Origin: an uncultured cyanobacterium
GTDB taxonomy: Bacteria; Cyanobacteriota; Cyanobacteriia; Phormidesmidales; Phormidesmidaceae
Direction of reading: 5' to 3'
NCBI GenBank assembly: GCA_963793265.1
Contig: CAWBZI010000002.1
Location: forward strand, 800,001 to 864,000
DNA: 64,000 bases
The position numbers and the translations under genes are program-made. The notes beneath the pieces were generated by a model. That model was not told the origin of the DNA, made no database searches, and saw nothing but the letters and a program-made list of their open reading frames with translations. How positions within the stretch are numbered: position 1 is the first letter of the stretch; every line of letters begins with the position of its first letter. Positions 23,087 through 32,891 of the stretch are shown here, one piece after another.

Positions 23087-25342
23087 TTATCCAACCGCCG
23101 TGATCCGTCTGAGATTGAGCACATCAGACATCTTCCGAATTTGAGCAAAGGTTTTATTCAAATGCTCGCAGTCTTGAATGTCGATACCCAAATCAATCTC
23201 AGCAATTTGGTCAGGGTGCGTCGTCACCCCGGCCTTATGCACATTGATCTTCAAATCCGAAAGCCGGGTCAAAATATCCTTCAACACACCCACTCGGTCA
23301 ATCACCTCAACCTTGATCTGCACCGGATACGTATCGGGCTGTCCTTTCGCCTCATCCATCTGATTCCATCGCAGCGGAATCAGACGCTCACCTGGAATAT
23401 TTTCCACATTAGGACAGTCTTGCCGGTGTACCGCAATGCCTCTACCACCCGTAGAAACGATGCCCAAAATACTTTCACCCGGCAAAGGATGACAGCAGCC
23501 TGCAATGTAGTGTAGCAAGCCTTCTAATCCAGCAATCGGCGCATTATCATAGCCAGTATTACGGTTAGCAGGCGCTTTTACCGCCGGAATCTCGTCTTCT
23601 AAAGTCGTCGTTCGGCCACTCGTATCCGGTTGAATCGGCTGCGATTCCTTAACAGCCTCTTGCAGTCTATTTACAACCGCATTCAGCGTGACCTCGCCAT
23701 AGCCCAACCCCGCCAGCAAATCATTCGCTGAACTATAGTTACAGCGCGCTGCTGTCACCTGCGCAGGCTCAGACTTCAGCAGCGCGTCCAAGCCGCTTTT
23801 GCCCATCACCTTTTCGAGCATGTCATGACCGCGCGCCAGGTTCTCGTCGTAGTGAGACTTTTTGTACCACTGCCGAATGCGGTTGCGCGCCCCTGTGCTG
23901 ACAACAAAGTTCAGCCAGTCAAGACTAGGATGAGAGTTCTTTTGCGTAATAATTTCAACAATGTCACCGTTTTGCAGCTCAGTGTCGAGCGTAACAATCC
24001 GCCCGCTTACCTTTGCCCCAGCGCAGTGATTGCCGACTTCTGTATGAATGCGATAGGCAAAATCGACTGGCGTCGCGCCCCGGCTGAGTGGAATCACATC
24101 GCCGCCGGGGGTAAAGACATAGACATCTTCTTCAAACAGATTATTTTTTACGCCCGAAAGGTATTCCTGAGCATCTTTAAGTTCGTTCTGCCAGTCTAAG
24201 AGCTGACGCAGCCAGGTGAACTTTTCATCGTCGGCATTTGCTGTTGCGTTGCTATTACCTGACTCTTTGTACTTCCAATGAGCCGCAATTCCGTACTCGG
24301 CAATGTGGTGCATCTCGACGGTACGAATTTGCACTTCAATCGGGCGACCGTGAGGCCCAATTACAACCGTGTGTAGCGACTGATAGCGGTTGGGCTTAGG
24401 TAGGCCAATATAGTCTTTAAAGCGGCCTGGAATCGGGCGAAATAAGTTGTGGGCCACCGCCAAGGCTCGGTAGCATTCCTCGGTAGTGCTGACGATAAGA
24501 CGAACGGCGGCGATGTCGTAAATCTCGGTAAACTGCTTTTGCTGCCGCTCCATTTTGCGGTAGATGCTGTAGAGGTGTTTAGGACGACCGCTGACATCTT
24601 CGCAGTGAATGCCCAGGCTCGTAATGCTCTCTCTAAGACTTTGACTGACTTGATTAAGGCGCGCTTCGCGGTCGGCGCGCTTCTCAACGATGAGCTGCTT
24701 GAGTTCGTTGTAGGCGTCGGGCTCAAGGTATTTGAAGCAAAGATCTTCGAGTTCCCACTTGAATCGCCCGATCCCTAAGCGGTTTGCTAGGGGTGCGAAT
24801 ATCTCTAGCGTTTCACGGGCAATCCGAATTTGTTTGTCGGGGCGCAAGTGCTCCAGGGTTCGCATGTTGTGCAGGCGATCGGCTAGCTTGACGACGATGA
24901 CGCGAATATCTTGAGCCATTGCCAAGAACATACGGCGAAAGTTCTCGGCCTGCTGCTCGGTTTTACTTTCAAAGTTAAACTTAGAGAGCTTTGTAACCCC
25001 TTCGACTAGGTGACGAACTTCTGCGCCAAACAGTCCTTCAATCTCATCGGCGGTAACGTCAGTATCTTCAACAACATCGTGCAAAAAGCCAGCGGCAATC
25101 ATGGCGCTATCGCCACCTAAGCTTCGGAGCAACCCGGCGACTGCAACCGGATGAGCAATGTATGGATCCCCAGACGCTCGCATTTGCCCCTTATGGAGCT
25201 GATAGGCAAATTCAAAAGCGCGGCAGACGAGCTGGTTGCCATCGACGACATCAGCGTTCTCTTCATGCTTAACCAAACAGGAGGAGAGCCAGGCGGGCAA
25301 CGGACAATCTTCTTGAGAAACGGCAAGGGCGGTTGCAGTCAT
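23087..25342 (-). CDS. relA: Bifunctional (p)ppGpp synthetase/hydrolase (RelA/SpoT homolog)
   Basis: HD domain (LHDVVED), KLADRLHNMRT, RFKDYI, YQSLHT, plus TGS and ACT domains. Confidence 0.97.
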   Translation of the reverse strand: MTATALAVSQEDCPLPAWLSSCLVKHEENADVVDGNQLVCRAFEFAYQLHKGQMRASGDPYIAHPVAVAGLLRSLGGDSAMIAAGFLHDVVEDTDVTADEIEGLFGAEVRHLVEGVTKLSKFNFESKTEQQAENFRRMFLAMAQDIRVIVVKLADRLHNMRTLEHLRPDKQIRIARETLEIFAPLANRLGIGRFKWELEDLCFKYLEPDAYNELKQLIVEKRADREARLNQVSQSLRESITSLGIHCEDVSGRPKHLYSIYRKMERQQKQFTEIYDIAAVRLIVSTTEECYRALAVAHNLFRPIPGRFKDYIGLPKPNRYQSLHTVVIGPHGRPIEVQIRTVEMHHIAEYGIAAHWKYKESGNSNATANADDEKFTWLRQLLDWQNELKDAQEYLSGVKNNLFEEDVYVFTPGGDVIPLSRGATPVDFAYRIHTEVGNHCAGAKVSGRIVTLDTELQNGDIVEIITQKNSHPSLDWLNFVVSTGARNRIRQWYKKSHYDENLARGHDMLEKVMGKSGLDALLKSEPAQVTAARCNYSSANDLLAGLGYGEVTLNAVVNRLQEAVKESQPIQPDTSGRTTTLEDEIPAVKAPANRNTGYDNAPIAGLEGLLHYIAGCCHPLPGESILGIVSTGGRGIAVHRQDCPNVENIPGERLIPLRWNQMDEAKGQPDTYPVQIKVEVIDRVGVLKDILTRLSDLKINVHKAGVTTHPDQIAEIDLGIDIQDCEHLNKTFAQIRKMSDVLNLRRITAVG

Positions 25343-25448
25343 AGCTGAAAGTGTCTCTTATGAAATGACGATTGATATGGCGACCGATATGGCGGTTAGG
25401 ACGGCAGCCGCTTAATAACCTGGCTGATAGTCCAAAAAGAGCGGTAGA

Positions 25449-25491
25449 ACGATAGAAGTTGAGTAACGTTAGTTAAAGTAGAATTAACTAC
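25449..25491 (-). promoter_or_regulatory. Candidate NtcA box in the rel/patD divergent region with a TATCGT -10 facing rel
   Basis: GTAGAATTAACTAC (25478-25491) lies within the longer inverted repeat AAAGTAG-N6-CTACTTT. TAN3T at 25449-25454 is 23 nt away. Confidence 0.45.
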
Positions 25492-25968
25492 TTTGAGATA
25501 AAAATCAGAACTTATGAAAGTATCTTCTTTTCGAGGCTTTCTTTTTATGAGAGAGGCATCACAAAAGGAAACAAACTACAAGGAGTAACCGTAAATTATG
25601 TCTTCAGGCATGATTCGTTGAGCCCTGGAAAGCAATTATCGTGATTTGGCTATCTTTTAAATCGTAGATATCTGATAAATGAAAGATGCTCTACGGATAA
25701 AAAAATAGACCTTGATAGGTCTGACGCAAATCAAGTGTGTTTTGTTCAAGCGCATTTTGTTGTACGCAAGCTTGGTCAACTGCTTTGTGCAAGGTAAATT
25801 TACTTAGAGAATGAAGGGTGTCAGACTCTTTTTGATACTGAGCTTCCGTGAGCTGTTTTTGTGGGCTTTTGATTTGGCTAAAGGCAGAGCTGGTATAAAT
25901 TTGTTGATTAGACAATGATAAACAAAACTGTCACGATTGAGAGAAGAGATTAGAAAAAAAGGAATTGG

Positions 25969-26340
25969 ATGGCCCATTCAGCGCATGAATTATGTAGCCT
26001 TGTTCAGTCTTTTTTGACGAATATTAACGAGTTGGCTGTCATACCCGACGATTGGACTGCTACTTTTGTAGAGCAGCTAACGGAGCTACAACAGCAGTTT
26101 CAACAAATAATAGAGGCATTTGAAGCAACACGCATCGATCCTCAGGCAGAGCAGCGATTAAGACCTTTTTTGACAGAAGGCCACAGGCGGTTACGATTAG
26201 CAGGCGTTGAAGCGATGCGGCTGCGGGCAGCAAAACAGCCTGCCACGATAGAAAAGCAGCGATCGCACATTCAAGCCCATCTCGATCAGCTGCAAAAGTT
26301 CGCCCAAGCGATCGCTGATGAGGTGTGCCCCGACTCGTAG
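25969..26340 (+). CDS. patD: Heterocyst frequency control protein PatD homolog
   Basis: TEGHRRLRL...RLRAAKQPAT resembles the PatD core; divergent from rel as in other cyanobacteria. Confidence 0.75.
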   Translation: MAHSAHELCSLVQSFLTNINELAVIPDDWTATFVEQLTELQQQFQQIIEAFEATRIDPQAEQRLRPFLTEGHRRLRLAGVEAMRLRAAKQPATIEKQRSHIQAHLDQLQKFAQAIADEVCPDS

Positions 26341-26352
26341 GAAACCACTGCC

Positions 26353-26919
26353 GTGCACTGCCCCAAAGAAACCGCGATCGCGCTAACCCCCAATCAGCGC
26401 ACCAAAGATCTGCCGACTCACGGCTGCGCTAGCTGCGAAGGCCACTGGATTCCGGCTAAAAACTACCAGAGGTGGCAGGCGCTCAATGCTGGCTTAGATG
26501 CGATTCCTGAAAAAGTGCTGCCGCTATCGCTAGAAACAGATTTTAAGCCTGCGCCGCTAGATGGGCGGGCGGGGCTATGCCCGGAGTGTGGGACATATTT
26601 GAAGCGATCGCGGATTAATCTGCGCAGAGGCTCCTTTTATATAGAGCGGTGTCCTTTGTGCGATGGGCTGTGGTGCGATCGCGGTGAATGGCAGATATTT
26701 GAGGCGCTAGGCTTACACGTTCAAATACCAATCGTCTTTCAGCCTGAGTGGCAGTCGCAGGTAAAGGCAATGGAGCAGGTTGAGCGGCAGCGAATGGCGG
26801 TGGTGGAAAAGCTGGGGGATGATATTGCCAATCGTGTGTTTGAGCTATCTGATTTACTTAAGAACCATCCCCACGGCGATTTTGGGGTGGGCTATTTGAT
26901 GCGGAAGTTGAACGAGTAG
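26353..26919 (+). CDS. zf-TFIIB-like zinc-ribbon protein
   Basis: CPK, CASCEGHW, CPECG, CPLCDGLWCDRGEW. Confidence 0.85.
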   Translation: MHCPKETAIALTPNQRTKDLPTHGCASCEGHWIPAKNYQRWQALNAGLDAIPEKVLPLSLETDFKPAPLDGRAGLCPECGTYLKRSRINLRRGSFYIERCPLCDGLWCDRGEWQIFEALGLHVQIPIVFQPEWQSQVKAMEQVERQRMAVVEKLGDDIANRVFELSDLLKNHPHGDFGVGYLMRKLNE

Positions 26920-27096
26920 AAGCCCTCAGACTTGGCGACGCAGGATGTACGCGAGTTCGCAGAATTTGCGCTGCAGGTGTATGAAATGTCAGGGAAGCTG
27001 TTATGCGATCACGCCCAAAGCGACAACAACAAACAACTTTGCACTTGGGAAAAGAACAGCTCGCCAATCTAAATTCTCGATAAACTTATGCTTACG

Positions 27097-27222
27097 GCCT
27101 GAAGTAAATCCTCTGTGGAGGGGCGCAGGGGTGGGTTTCGGTTTGTTGCGTAGGTTGCCGAACCCATCCCATCGCTCCTAATGCCTCTTGGGCCACCCTT
27201 CCAGAAGGGATTTACTTCGGGC
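27097..27222. repeat. ~126-bp palindromic element (REP/MITE-like) between convergent genes
   Basis: Ends GCCTGAAGTAAATCC and GGATTTACTTCGGGC are 14/15 inverted matches. Nested inverted repeat GGTGGGTTTCGG...CCGAACCCATC. Confidence 0.65.
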
Positions 27223-27276
27223 TGTGAAGTTAAACAGCGCTGATAGAAGTGCCCTATAGACAATTGCTTGCCCGAA

Positions 27277-27447
27277 CTAGCATCGATTTAGCTGCAAAAG
27301 TTCGGGCACCATCACTCTTAACTTTTGTGCCAGTAATTCTAACGTTTCAGCCTCAGTTGCTAAGCCAGGAACATCATCACTCGTCGCCACCCACACTTCA
27401 GCCTCATCATCCCAAAAAGCATCAATCTTGCAGGTTGTCTGACTCAT
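27277..27447 (-). CDS. DUF1902-family (HicB-like fold) small protein, possibly 3'-truncated
   Basis: AFWDDEAEVWVATSDDVPGLATEAETLE...VPELL; GGAG SD upstream of ATG at 27447. Confidence 0.8.
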   Translation of the reverse strand: MSQTTCKIDAFWDDEAEVWVATSDDVPGLATEAETLELLAQKLRVMVPELLQLNRC

Positions 27448-27520
27448 ACTGACATCTCCCTCATTCTTTGAGCCTACCTGAATAGTTCTCGCAATTGCCA
27501 AGGTTTCCTGTCAAAAGATG

Positions 27521-27548
27521 TTGACACCCGTAAAAATACTGATACGCT
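27521..27548 (+). promoter_or_regulatory. Sigma70-type promoter of cassette copy A
   Basis: TTGACA-N16-TACGCT with extended TG. TACTGATACGCT is identical in copy B. Confidence 0.7.
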
Positions 27549-27554
27549 AGTTTT

Positions 27555-27752
27555 ACGGCTGTTGCCCTGTCTTAAACCCACTCGGCAATCGCTCTAACCG
27601 CTCAAAAATTTAGCAAGCCGCCCGTGTTAACTGCTACGAACAGCCAACACAGGCTCGCCCCTTAACTGCTCTCGGCAGTCAAGAGGTTATGGAATATGAT
27701 ATTCCATAGCCGCCCTGACTCATGACAAGTTGGGGCGGCTAAATTTTTGCGC
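27555..27752 (+). ncRNA. Structured leader RNA, copy A (putative terminator/antiterminator switch; family not recognised)
   Basis: 12-bp pairing 27603-27614/27738-27749; hairpins at 27620-27654, 27662-27682 and 27685-27711; terminator-like stem 27707-27741 followed by a U-tract. Compensatory changes against copy B. Confidence 0.7.
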
Positions 27753-27778
27753 TTTCTTCAAACTCATCTCGGAGAAAC

Positions 27779-28129
27779 GTGAAAATGACCATTCGCCTCA
27801 TGAGACTGCCTGGCCTCGCGCTCAGGTTGCAAACCCATTCGACTACTTTTCCTGGATCCCTAACCTCAGACGCTATAGATCAAGACTTCCTGAATCCTTT
27901 AAGTGGGCCTACTCGTAAGCAAAATAAGGGCGATCGCACCTGCCAAAAAGAAGAACTGCGCCACATTCTACTCGGCTCGCCCGGCGCAATTCAGCAGGCC
28001 ATCCATCAGCTACACGTATTGAACTACGCAGAAACAGTACTGTGGAGCCCGACTACGGCGGTGGACGATCGCATCATCATCACGCCAGAGCAGGGAGAAG
28101 CCATGAGCTTATTGAGGCGATCGGTATAG
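27779..28129 (+). CDS. Small hypothetical protein, paralog of 59292..59603
   Basis: GGAG SD and GTG start. The core LRHILLGSPGAIQQAIHQLHVLNYAETVLWS...GEAMSLLR aligns to the second copy. Confidence 0.8.
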   Translation: MKMTIRLMRLPGLALRLQTHSTTFPGSLTSDAIDQDFLNPLSGPTRKQNKGDRTCQKEELRHILLGSPGAIQQAIHQLHVLNYAETVLWSPTTAVDDRIIITPEQGEAMSLLRRSV

Positions 28130-28246
28130 TTTGACACCGGTTCAGGATAAGCGTTTCATGCTTACCGGCAGATCCTTGTATCTTAGGAGCAAGGCATCTG
28201 CGGGTGCCAGCCAAATGACTCTTAATGCGTAAACAATAAAAAGCCC

Positions 28247-29947
28247 ATGGCCGCTCTTCCCACTCCGCCCGGCGTTTCCAATCCCGTAGATACTGTAAAC
28301 GTGGCATCAAATCCACCACTATTCGCCGTCGAGAACTTTCGGGTGTCTTATACGGGCCAGTCGGTATGGGCGATTGACGATGTGAGCCTTTCCTTACGGG
28401 CAGGCGAACGGCTTGGCCTCGTAGGCGAATCGGGCTGCGGCAAAAGTACGCTCGGGCGAGCAGCGATGCGACTTATGCCGCCAGCCACCCGCATTGAAGG
28501 CAAAGCCACCTTTCAAGGCGACTCCATTCTAGATTTCTCGCCCGTAGAGCTGCGAAAGTTCCGGGGAGAAGCCGTCTCACTCGTCTTTCAAGATCCGATG
28601 ACGCGGCTCGATCCTCTAATGACGATTGGTGACCACTGCACAGAAACGCTGATGGCCCACCGGCCTGAGCTGAGCAAAAAGCAGGCCAAAGAAATTGCGG
28701 TAGCCACGCTCGAAACCGTCAAAATTCCTGCTGAGCGTTGGGCGCAATATCCCCACGAGTTTAGCGGCGGTATGCGGCAAAGAGTCGCGATCGCGCTAGC
28801 CCTCGTGCTCAATCCCAAACTCATCGTTGCCGACGAACCTACCACCAGCTTAGATGTCACCGTATCAGCGCAAATTTTAGAGCAGCTTACAGAGCTGTGT
28901 GCTGAGCGCAATATGGGTCTGATTTTGATTTCTCATGATTTGGCTTTAGTGGGGGAGTATTGCGATCGCATCGCTGTGATGTACCAAGGCAAACTCGTCG
29001 AAATCGGCCCCACCCAAGAAGTCTTTTACAACCCACAGCATCCCTACACCCAGTCGCTCCTCAAAGCCGCCAATCAGCTTCAGTCCGCCGGAGCCCAAAA
29101 CTCAGCGGGCGAGGCAATTAACGAAAACATCCCGATCCTTAGCCTGCAAAATCTCACCAAGCACTACACCTTAGAGCAAGGCATTCTCAGCAAGCTGCTC
29201 AGGCAAGATCCGCCCGAGGCGATCAAAGCCGTCGATGGTGTCTCACTCGATCTTTACCCCGGCGAAATTCTCGGCCTCGTAGGCGAATCCGGCTGCGGCA
29301 AAAGCACCCTCTCTCGCACCCTGCTGCGCATCGTCGAACCCACCTCCGGCAAAATCATATTCCAGGGCACCGACTTCACCGACCTATCGCGCACAGACTT
29401 ACAGGCCAAGCGTCGCGACATTCAAATGATCTTCCAAGATCCACACGCCTGCCTAAACCCAATGATGACTATCGGCAGGGGCATTGCCGATCCACTGTTA
29501 ATTCACGGGCTTGCCAGCCACGCCGAAGCTGAGAAAAAAGTGAACGCGATGCTAGAGCGCGTCGGCCTTACGCCCGTAGAAGACTACTATCATCGCTATC
29601 CCGGCGATATTTCGGGCGGACAGCAGCAAAGAGTTGCGATCGCCCGCGCCCTCATCACCCGGCCCAAGCTCGTAATCTGCGATGAGCCCGTCAGTATGCT
29701 AGACGCCAGCGTTCAGGCACAGGTGCTAGAGCTAATGCTCGATCTTAAAGATGAGCTGGAGCTGACGTATTTGTTTATTACGCATGATCTGTGGGTGGCG
29801 AAATATTTGTGCGATCGCATTGCTGTGATGAACGGCGGCAAACTCGTCGAAATCGGCTCCACCGAACAAATCTTCAGCGCCCCCGCCCACCCCTATACAA
29901 AGACACTGCTTCAAGCAGCTCCCCTGCTTGCAAAGGCCAACGGTTAA
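28247..29947 (+). CDS. Peptide/nickel ABC transporter ATP-binding protein (two fused ATPase domains)
   Basis: GESGCGKS occurs twice; FSGGMRQR and [11 protein letters not shown] Walker B motifs. Confidence 0.95.
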   Translation: MAALPTPPGVSNPVDTVNVASNPPLFAVENFRVSYTGQSVWAIDDVSLSLRAGERLGLVGESGCGKSTLGRAAMRLMPPATRIEGKATFQGDSILDFSPVELRKFRGEAVSLVFQDPMTRLDPLMTIGDHCTETLMAHRPELSKKQAKEIAVATLETVKIPAERWAQYPHEFSGGMRQRVAIALALVLNPKLIVADEPTTSLDVTVSAQILEQLTELCAERNMGLILISHDLALVGEYCDRIAVMYQGKLVEIGPTQEVFYNPQHPYTQSLLKAANQLQSAGAQNSAGEAINENIPILSLQNLTKHYTLEQGILSKLLRQDPPEAIKAVDGVSLDLYPGEILGLVGESGCGKSTLSRTLLRIVEPTSGKIIFQGTDFTDLSRTDLQAKRRDIQMIFQDPHACLNPMMTIGRGIADPLLIHGLASHAEAEKKVNAMLERVGLTPVEDYYHRYPGDISGGQQQRVAIARALITRPKLVICDEPVSMLDASVQAQVLELMLDLKDELELTYLFITHDLWVAKYLCDRIAVMNGGKLVEIGSTEQIFSAPAHPYTKTLLQAAPLLAKANG

Positions 29948-29989
29948 GCAAGAGATAGGAGAAATGACTAACAAAAAGTAGGAGAGAAA

Positions 29990-30910
29990 ATGACTGCATT
30001 GATTGTTCATGGGGGCTGTGGGATTTGGCTTGATTATGCTGAGGAAGAGGCAATAGCTGGCTGTAGAGAAGCGGTTGTAGCAGGGCGGCAGGTTTTAGCA
30101 GCAGGTGGCACGGCTTTGGCAGGGGCGATCGCAGCCTGCACTGCCTTAGAAAACAACCCCCTCTACAACGCCGGTACCGGCAGCGTTCTCAACTACGATG
30201 GCAACGCCCAAATGGACGCAAGCCTAATGGAAGGGCATACGCTACGCTTCGGCGGGGTCGGTGCTATTGAGCGCGTCAAAAATCCTGTTCTCGTAGCCCA
30301 ACAAGTCATCGAACAAACCGACCACAATCTTTTAGTCGGGCCAGGTGCCACTGAATTCGCCCGCAAGGTTGGCTTTCCAGACTACGATCCGCGCACAAAC
30401 CAAAGAATCGCAGAACACCAGATGCTCAAGGCCAAAGTTCCCAAAGGCGAGCTTAAAACCAGCCGTTTCTCAACCGGCCATCCTGAACACGCCCACAGCT
30501 CAACTACTGGCACCGTTGGCGCAGTCGCTCTGGACTCGTACGGCAACTTAGCCGCCGTCACCACAACCGGCGGTATTTTGCTCAAACTCCCCGGACGAGT
30601 AGGCGATACAGCGCTACCCGGCGGCGGCACCTATGCTACAGACTACGGCGCGGCTTCTTCAACCGGCACAGGCGAATATGTCATGCGAATTCTTGGCACC
30701 CGGCAGGTGTGTGACCTGATCGCAGCAGGGCATTCCGCTCAAGTGGCAATAGACAAAACGTTAATGGAGATTAATACGCGCTTCAGCGCACAAACCGGGC
30801 TCATCGGCATTGATCGCGAAGGCAATGTTGGCCTGGCACATCTTACGCCTGAGATGCCTCACGCATTCTTTTCAGGCAGCGATGAGATCACGGCTCGGAT
30901 TCGCGTTTAA
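29990..30910 (+). CDS. Isoaspartyl peptidase / L-asparaginase (Ntn hydrolase)
   Basis: IVHGG, NAGTGS, MDAS, GTVGAVA, GRVGD, TGTGE. Confidence 0.92.
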   Translation: MTALIVHGGCGIWLDYAEEEAIAGCREAVVAGRQVLAAGGTALAGAIAACTALENNPLYNAGTGSVLNYDGNAQMDASLMEGHTLRFGGVGAIERVKNPVLVAQQVIEQTDHNLLVGPGATEFARKVGFPDYDPRTNQRIAEHQMLKAKVPKGELKTSRFSTGHPEHAHSSTTGTVGAVALDSYGNLAAVTTTGGILLKLPGRVGDTALPGGGTYATDYGAASSTGTGEYVMRILGTRQVCDLIAAGHSAQVAIDKTLMEINTRFSAQTGLIGIDREGNVGLAHLTPEMPHAFFSGSDEITARIRV

Positions 30911-31550
30911 GATCTTGTGCCCAACGTCTGACCGTCTTCGCCCAGCTATTTTCGCCCATACTCTGAGACTTTTCGAGTAATGCTAAAACTGAATCTGGCT
31001 GCGCCAATGGCAGCACTAAAGACTGTTCGATCTTTTGATACGCTTCATCTACGAGCGAAAGGAACATCAGTTCCGAGCCGTCAAAGCGCCAAACTTCAGG
31101 TACACATAAAGCCGCATAAATAGACAACCGAGGAATAGACAAGCTTGTCATATCCACCTCAATTGCCAAATCTGGCGGCGGATCGACCGCTAAGTTGATA
31201 TCCATTCTGCCTCGGACAACTGGCTCATTTTGAATGTAGTAGCATTCGTCCGGCTCTAGGCCTTTCACCAAATCCTCTCGGTTCCAGGTGCAAAAGCCTA
31301 AGCCACAAATTTCAATATCCCAACCCTCTGTAAGGGATTCGACTAAGCGAGCCAGAAGCTTTTTGTATCTTTCGTGAGGCGGGCTAGGCATCCAAATTTC
31401 TAAGTTCCCTTGGTCATACGTCAATCGCCTACTGGGCTGCGATTCTAAATCGTCAATTAGCGCCTGAAATGTTTTCCACGAAATATTCCGCAAAAGAACA
31501 CTGTCCGACGCTAATGGCTGAGCTGATTGCGGCTTAAAAGTAGTAACCAT
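30888..31550 (-). CDS. Uma2-family endonuclease
   Basis: LEPDECYYI, PPPDLAIEVD, YAALCVPEVWRFDG. Confidence 0.92.
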   Translation of the reverse strand: MVTTFKPQSAQPLASDSVLLRNISWKTFQALIDDLESQPSRRLTYDQGNLEIWMPSPPHERYKKLLARLVESLTEGWDIEICGLGFCTWNREDLVKGLEPDECYYIQNEPVVRGRMDINLAVDPPPDLAIEVDMTSLSIPRLSIYAALCVPEVWRFDGSELMFLSLVDEAYQKIEQSLVLPLAQPDSVLALLEKSQSMGENSWAKTVRRWAQDLKRESEP

Positions 31551-31643
31551 CCTCTATCCTCGCGAAAAGGCCGTGGTAAAAAGCCTTGAAAATCTTAGAT
31601 GCTTTCTTAGGGTAAGCCATTACCAGTAAAATGAAAGGATGTA

Positions 31644-32891
31644 TTGGCGAGCGGTGGCATGACAGATGTATTAGTAATTGGGTCGGGGCCAGCCGGGCTG
31701 TCTTTGGCGACAGCGTTAGAGCAGCGCGGGCTAAAGGTAGAAGGACTGAGTGCTACCGATCCGACAAAGCCCTGGCCTAACACCTACGGCATTTGGGCCG
31801 ATGAGCTAGAAGCGCTCGGCATGAGCAAATACCTGTGGCAAAGCTGGAAAAATACGGTGGTGCACATGGGTAAGCAAACGATTCCTTTACAGCGTGAATA
31901 TGGCCTGATTGATCGCGAAACGCTTCAGGGCGACTGGCTAAAGCAGAGTCATCAGCACGGCATTAAGTGGCACGAAGGCAAAGCCGCAAGTGTAAAGCAC
32001 GGTGCGAAACGATCTGAGGTCACAGATGAGCGAGGCAACACCTACAGCGCCCGGTTGGTAGTAGATACGAGCGGTCATAATCCGGCTTTAGTGAGGCGAA
32101 TGCCGCAGACGAAGCCGGTTGCCTATCAGGCGGCTTATGGCATTGTGGGCCGGTTTTCTGGGCCGCCGATTGAGCCGCAGCAGATGGTGCTGATGGACTA
32201 TCGCGACGACTATTTGCCTACGCCTGAAAGGCGACTGCCGCCGACTTTTTTGTACGCGATGGACTTGGGAGAAGGCATTTACTTTATCGAAGAAACGTCT
32301 TTAGCGCATACGCCCGCCATTCGGTTCGACACGCTAGAGCGCAGGCTACATCAGCGATTGGCTCATCGCGGCGTCAAGGTAACAGAGACGCATCACGTTG
32401 AAAAGTGTTTGTTTCCGATGAATATATCGCTGCCTGATTTATCGCAGTCGGTGGTGGGCTTTGGGGGATCTGCGAGTATGGTGCATCCAGCGACGGGCTA
32501 TATGGTGGGGGCTCTGTTGCGCAGGGGGCCGGACTTGGCGCGGGCGATCGCACAATCCCTCCAAGCCACCAGCACCTCTCCCAACCAGGTTGCCAAAGAA
32601 GCCTGGCAAGCCCTCTGGCCCGAAGAGCGCCTACGCAAGCACTACCTCTACACCTTTGGCCTAGAAAATCTGATGGCGTTCAAAACGCACGATTTACAAC
32701 AGTTTTTCACCACCTTTTTTGAACTAGAACAATCTCAGTGGGCAGGCTTTTTGGCCGATACCTCCACGCTGCCCGAGATTGTGCAGGCAATGCTAGTCCT
32801 CTTTGGTCGCACCTCTAACCCGGTACGCTGGGGGCTGATGAGTTCTGTATTTAGCCATGGCAATTTGCTCAGACGGACGCTAACCACATAA
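31644..32891 (+). CDS. crtL: Lycopene cyclase (CrtL/CrtY-type flavoprotein)
   Basis: GSGPAG FAD motif, WPNTYGIW, FLYAMDLG..FIEETSL, VHPATGY. Confidence 0.85.
   Translation: MASGGMTDVLVIGSGPAGLSLATALEQRGLKVEGLSATDPTKPWPNTYGIWADELEALGMSKYLWQSWKNTVVHMGKQTIPLQREYGLIDRETLQGDWLKQSHQHGIKWHEGKAASVKHGAKRSEVTDERGNTYSARLVVDTSGHNPALVRRMPQTKPVAYQAAYGIVGRFSGPPIEPQQMVLMDYRDDYLPTPERRLPPTFLYAMDLGEGIYFIEETSLAHTPAIRFDTLERRLHQRLAHRGVKVTETHHVEKCLFPMNISLPDLSQSVVGFGGSASMVHPATGYMVGALLRRGPDLARAIAQSLQATSTSPNQVAKEAWQALWPEERLRKHYLYTFGLENLMAFKTHDLQQFFTTFFELEQSQWAGFLADTSTLPEIVQAMLVLFGRTSNPVRWGLMSSVFSHGNLLRRTLTT

Noticed and set aside
25691..25915. 74-aa ORF between rel and patD
   Set aside because: TTG start, no SD and no recognisable motif; cannot be supported.
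27555..27752. Leader as tRNA, T-box, cobalamin or glutamine riboswitch
   Set aside because: I could not find the characteristic conserved motifs of these classes by eye; an Rfam search is still needed.
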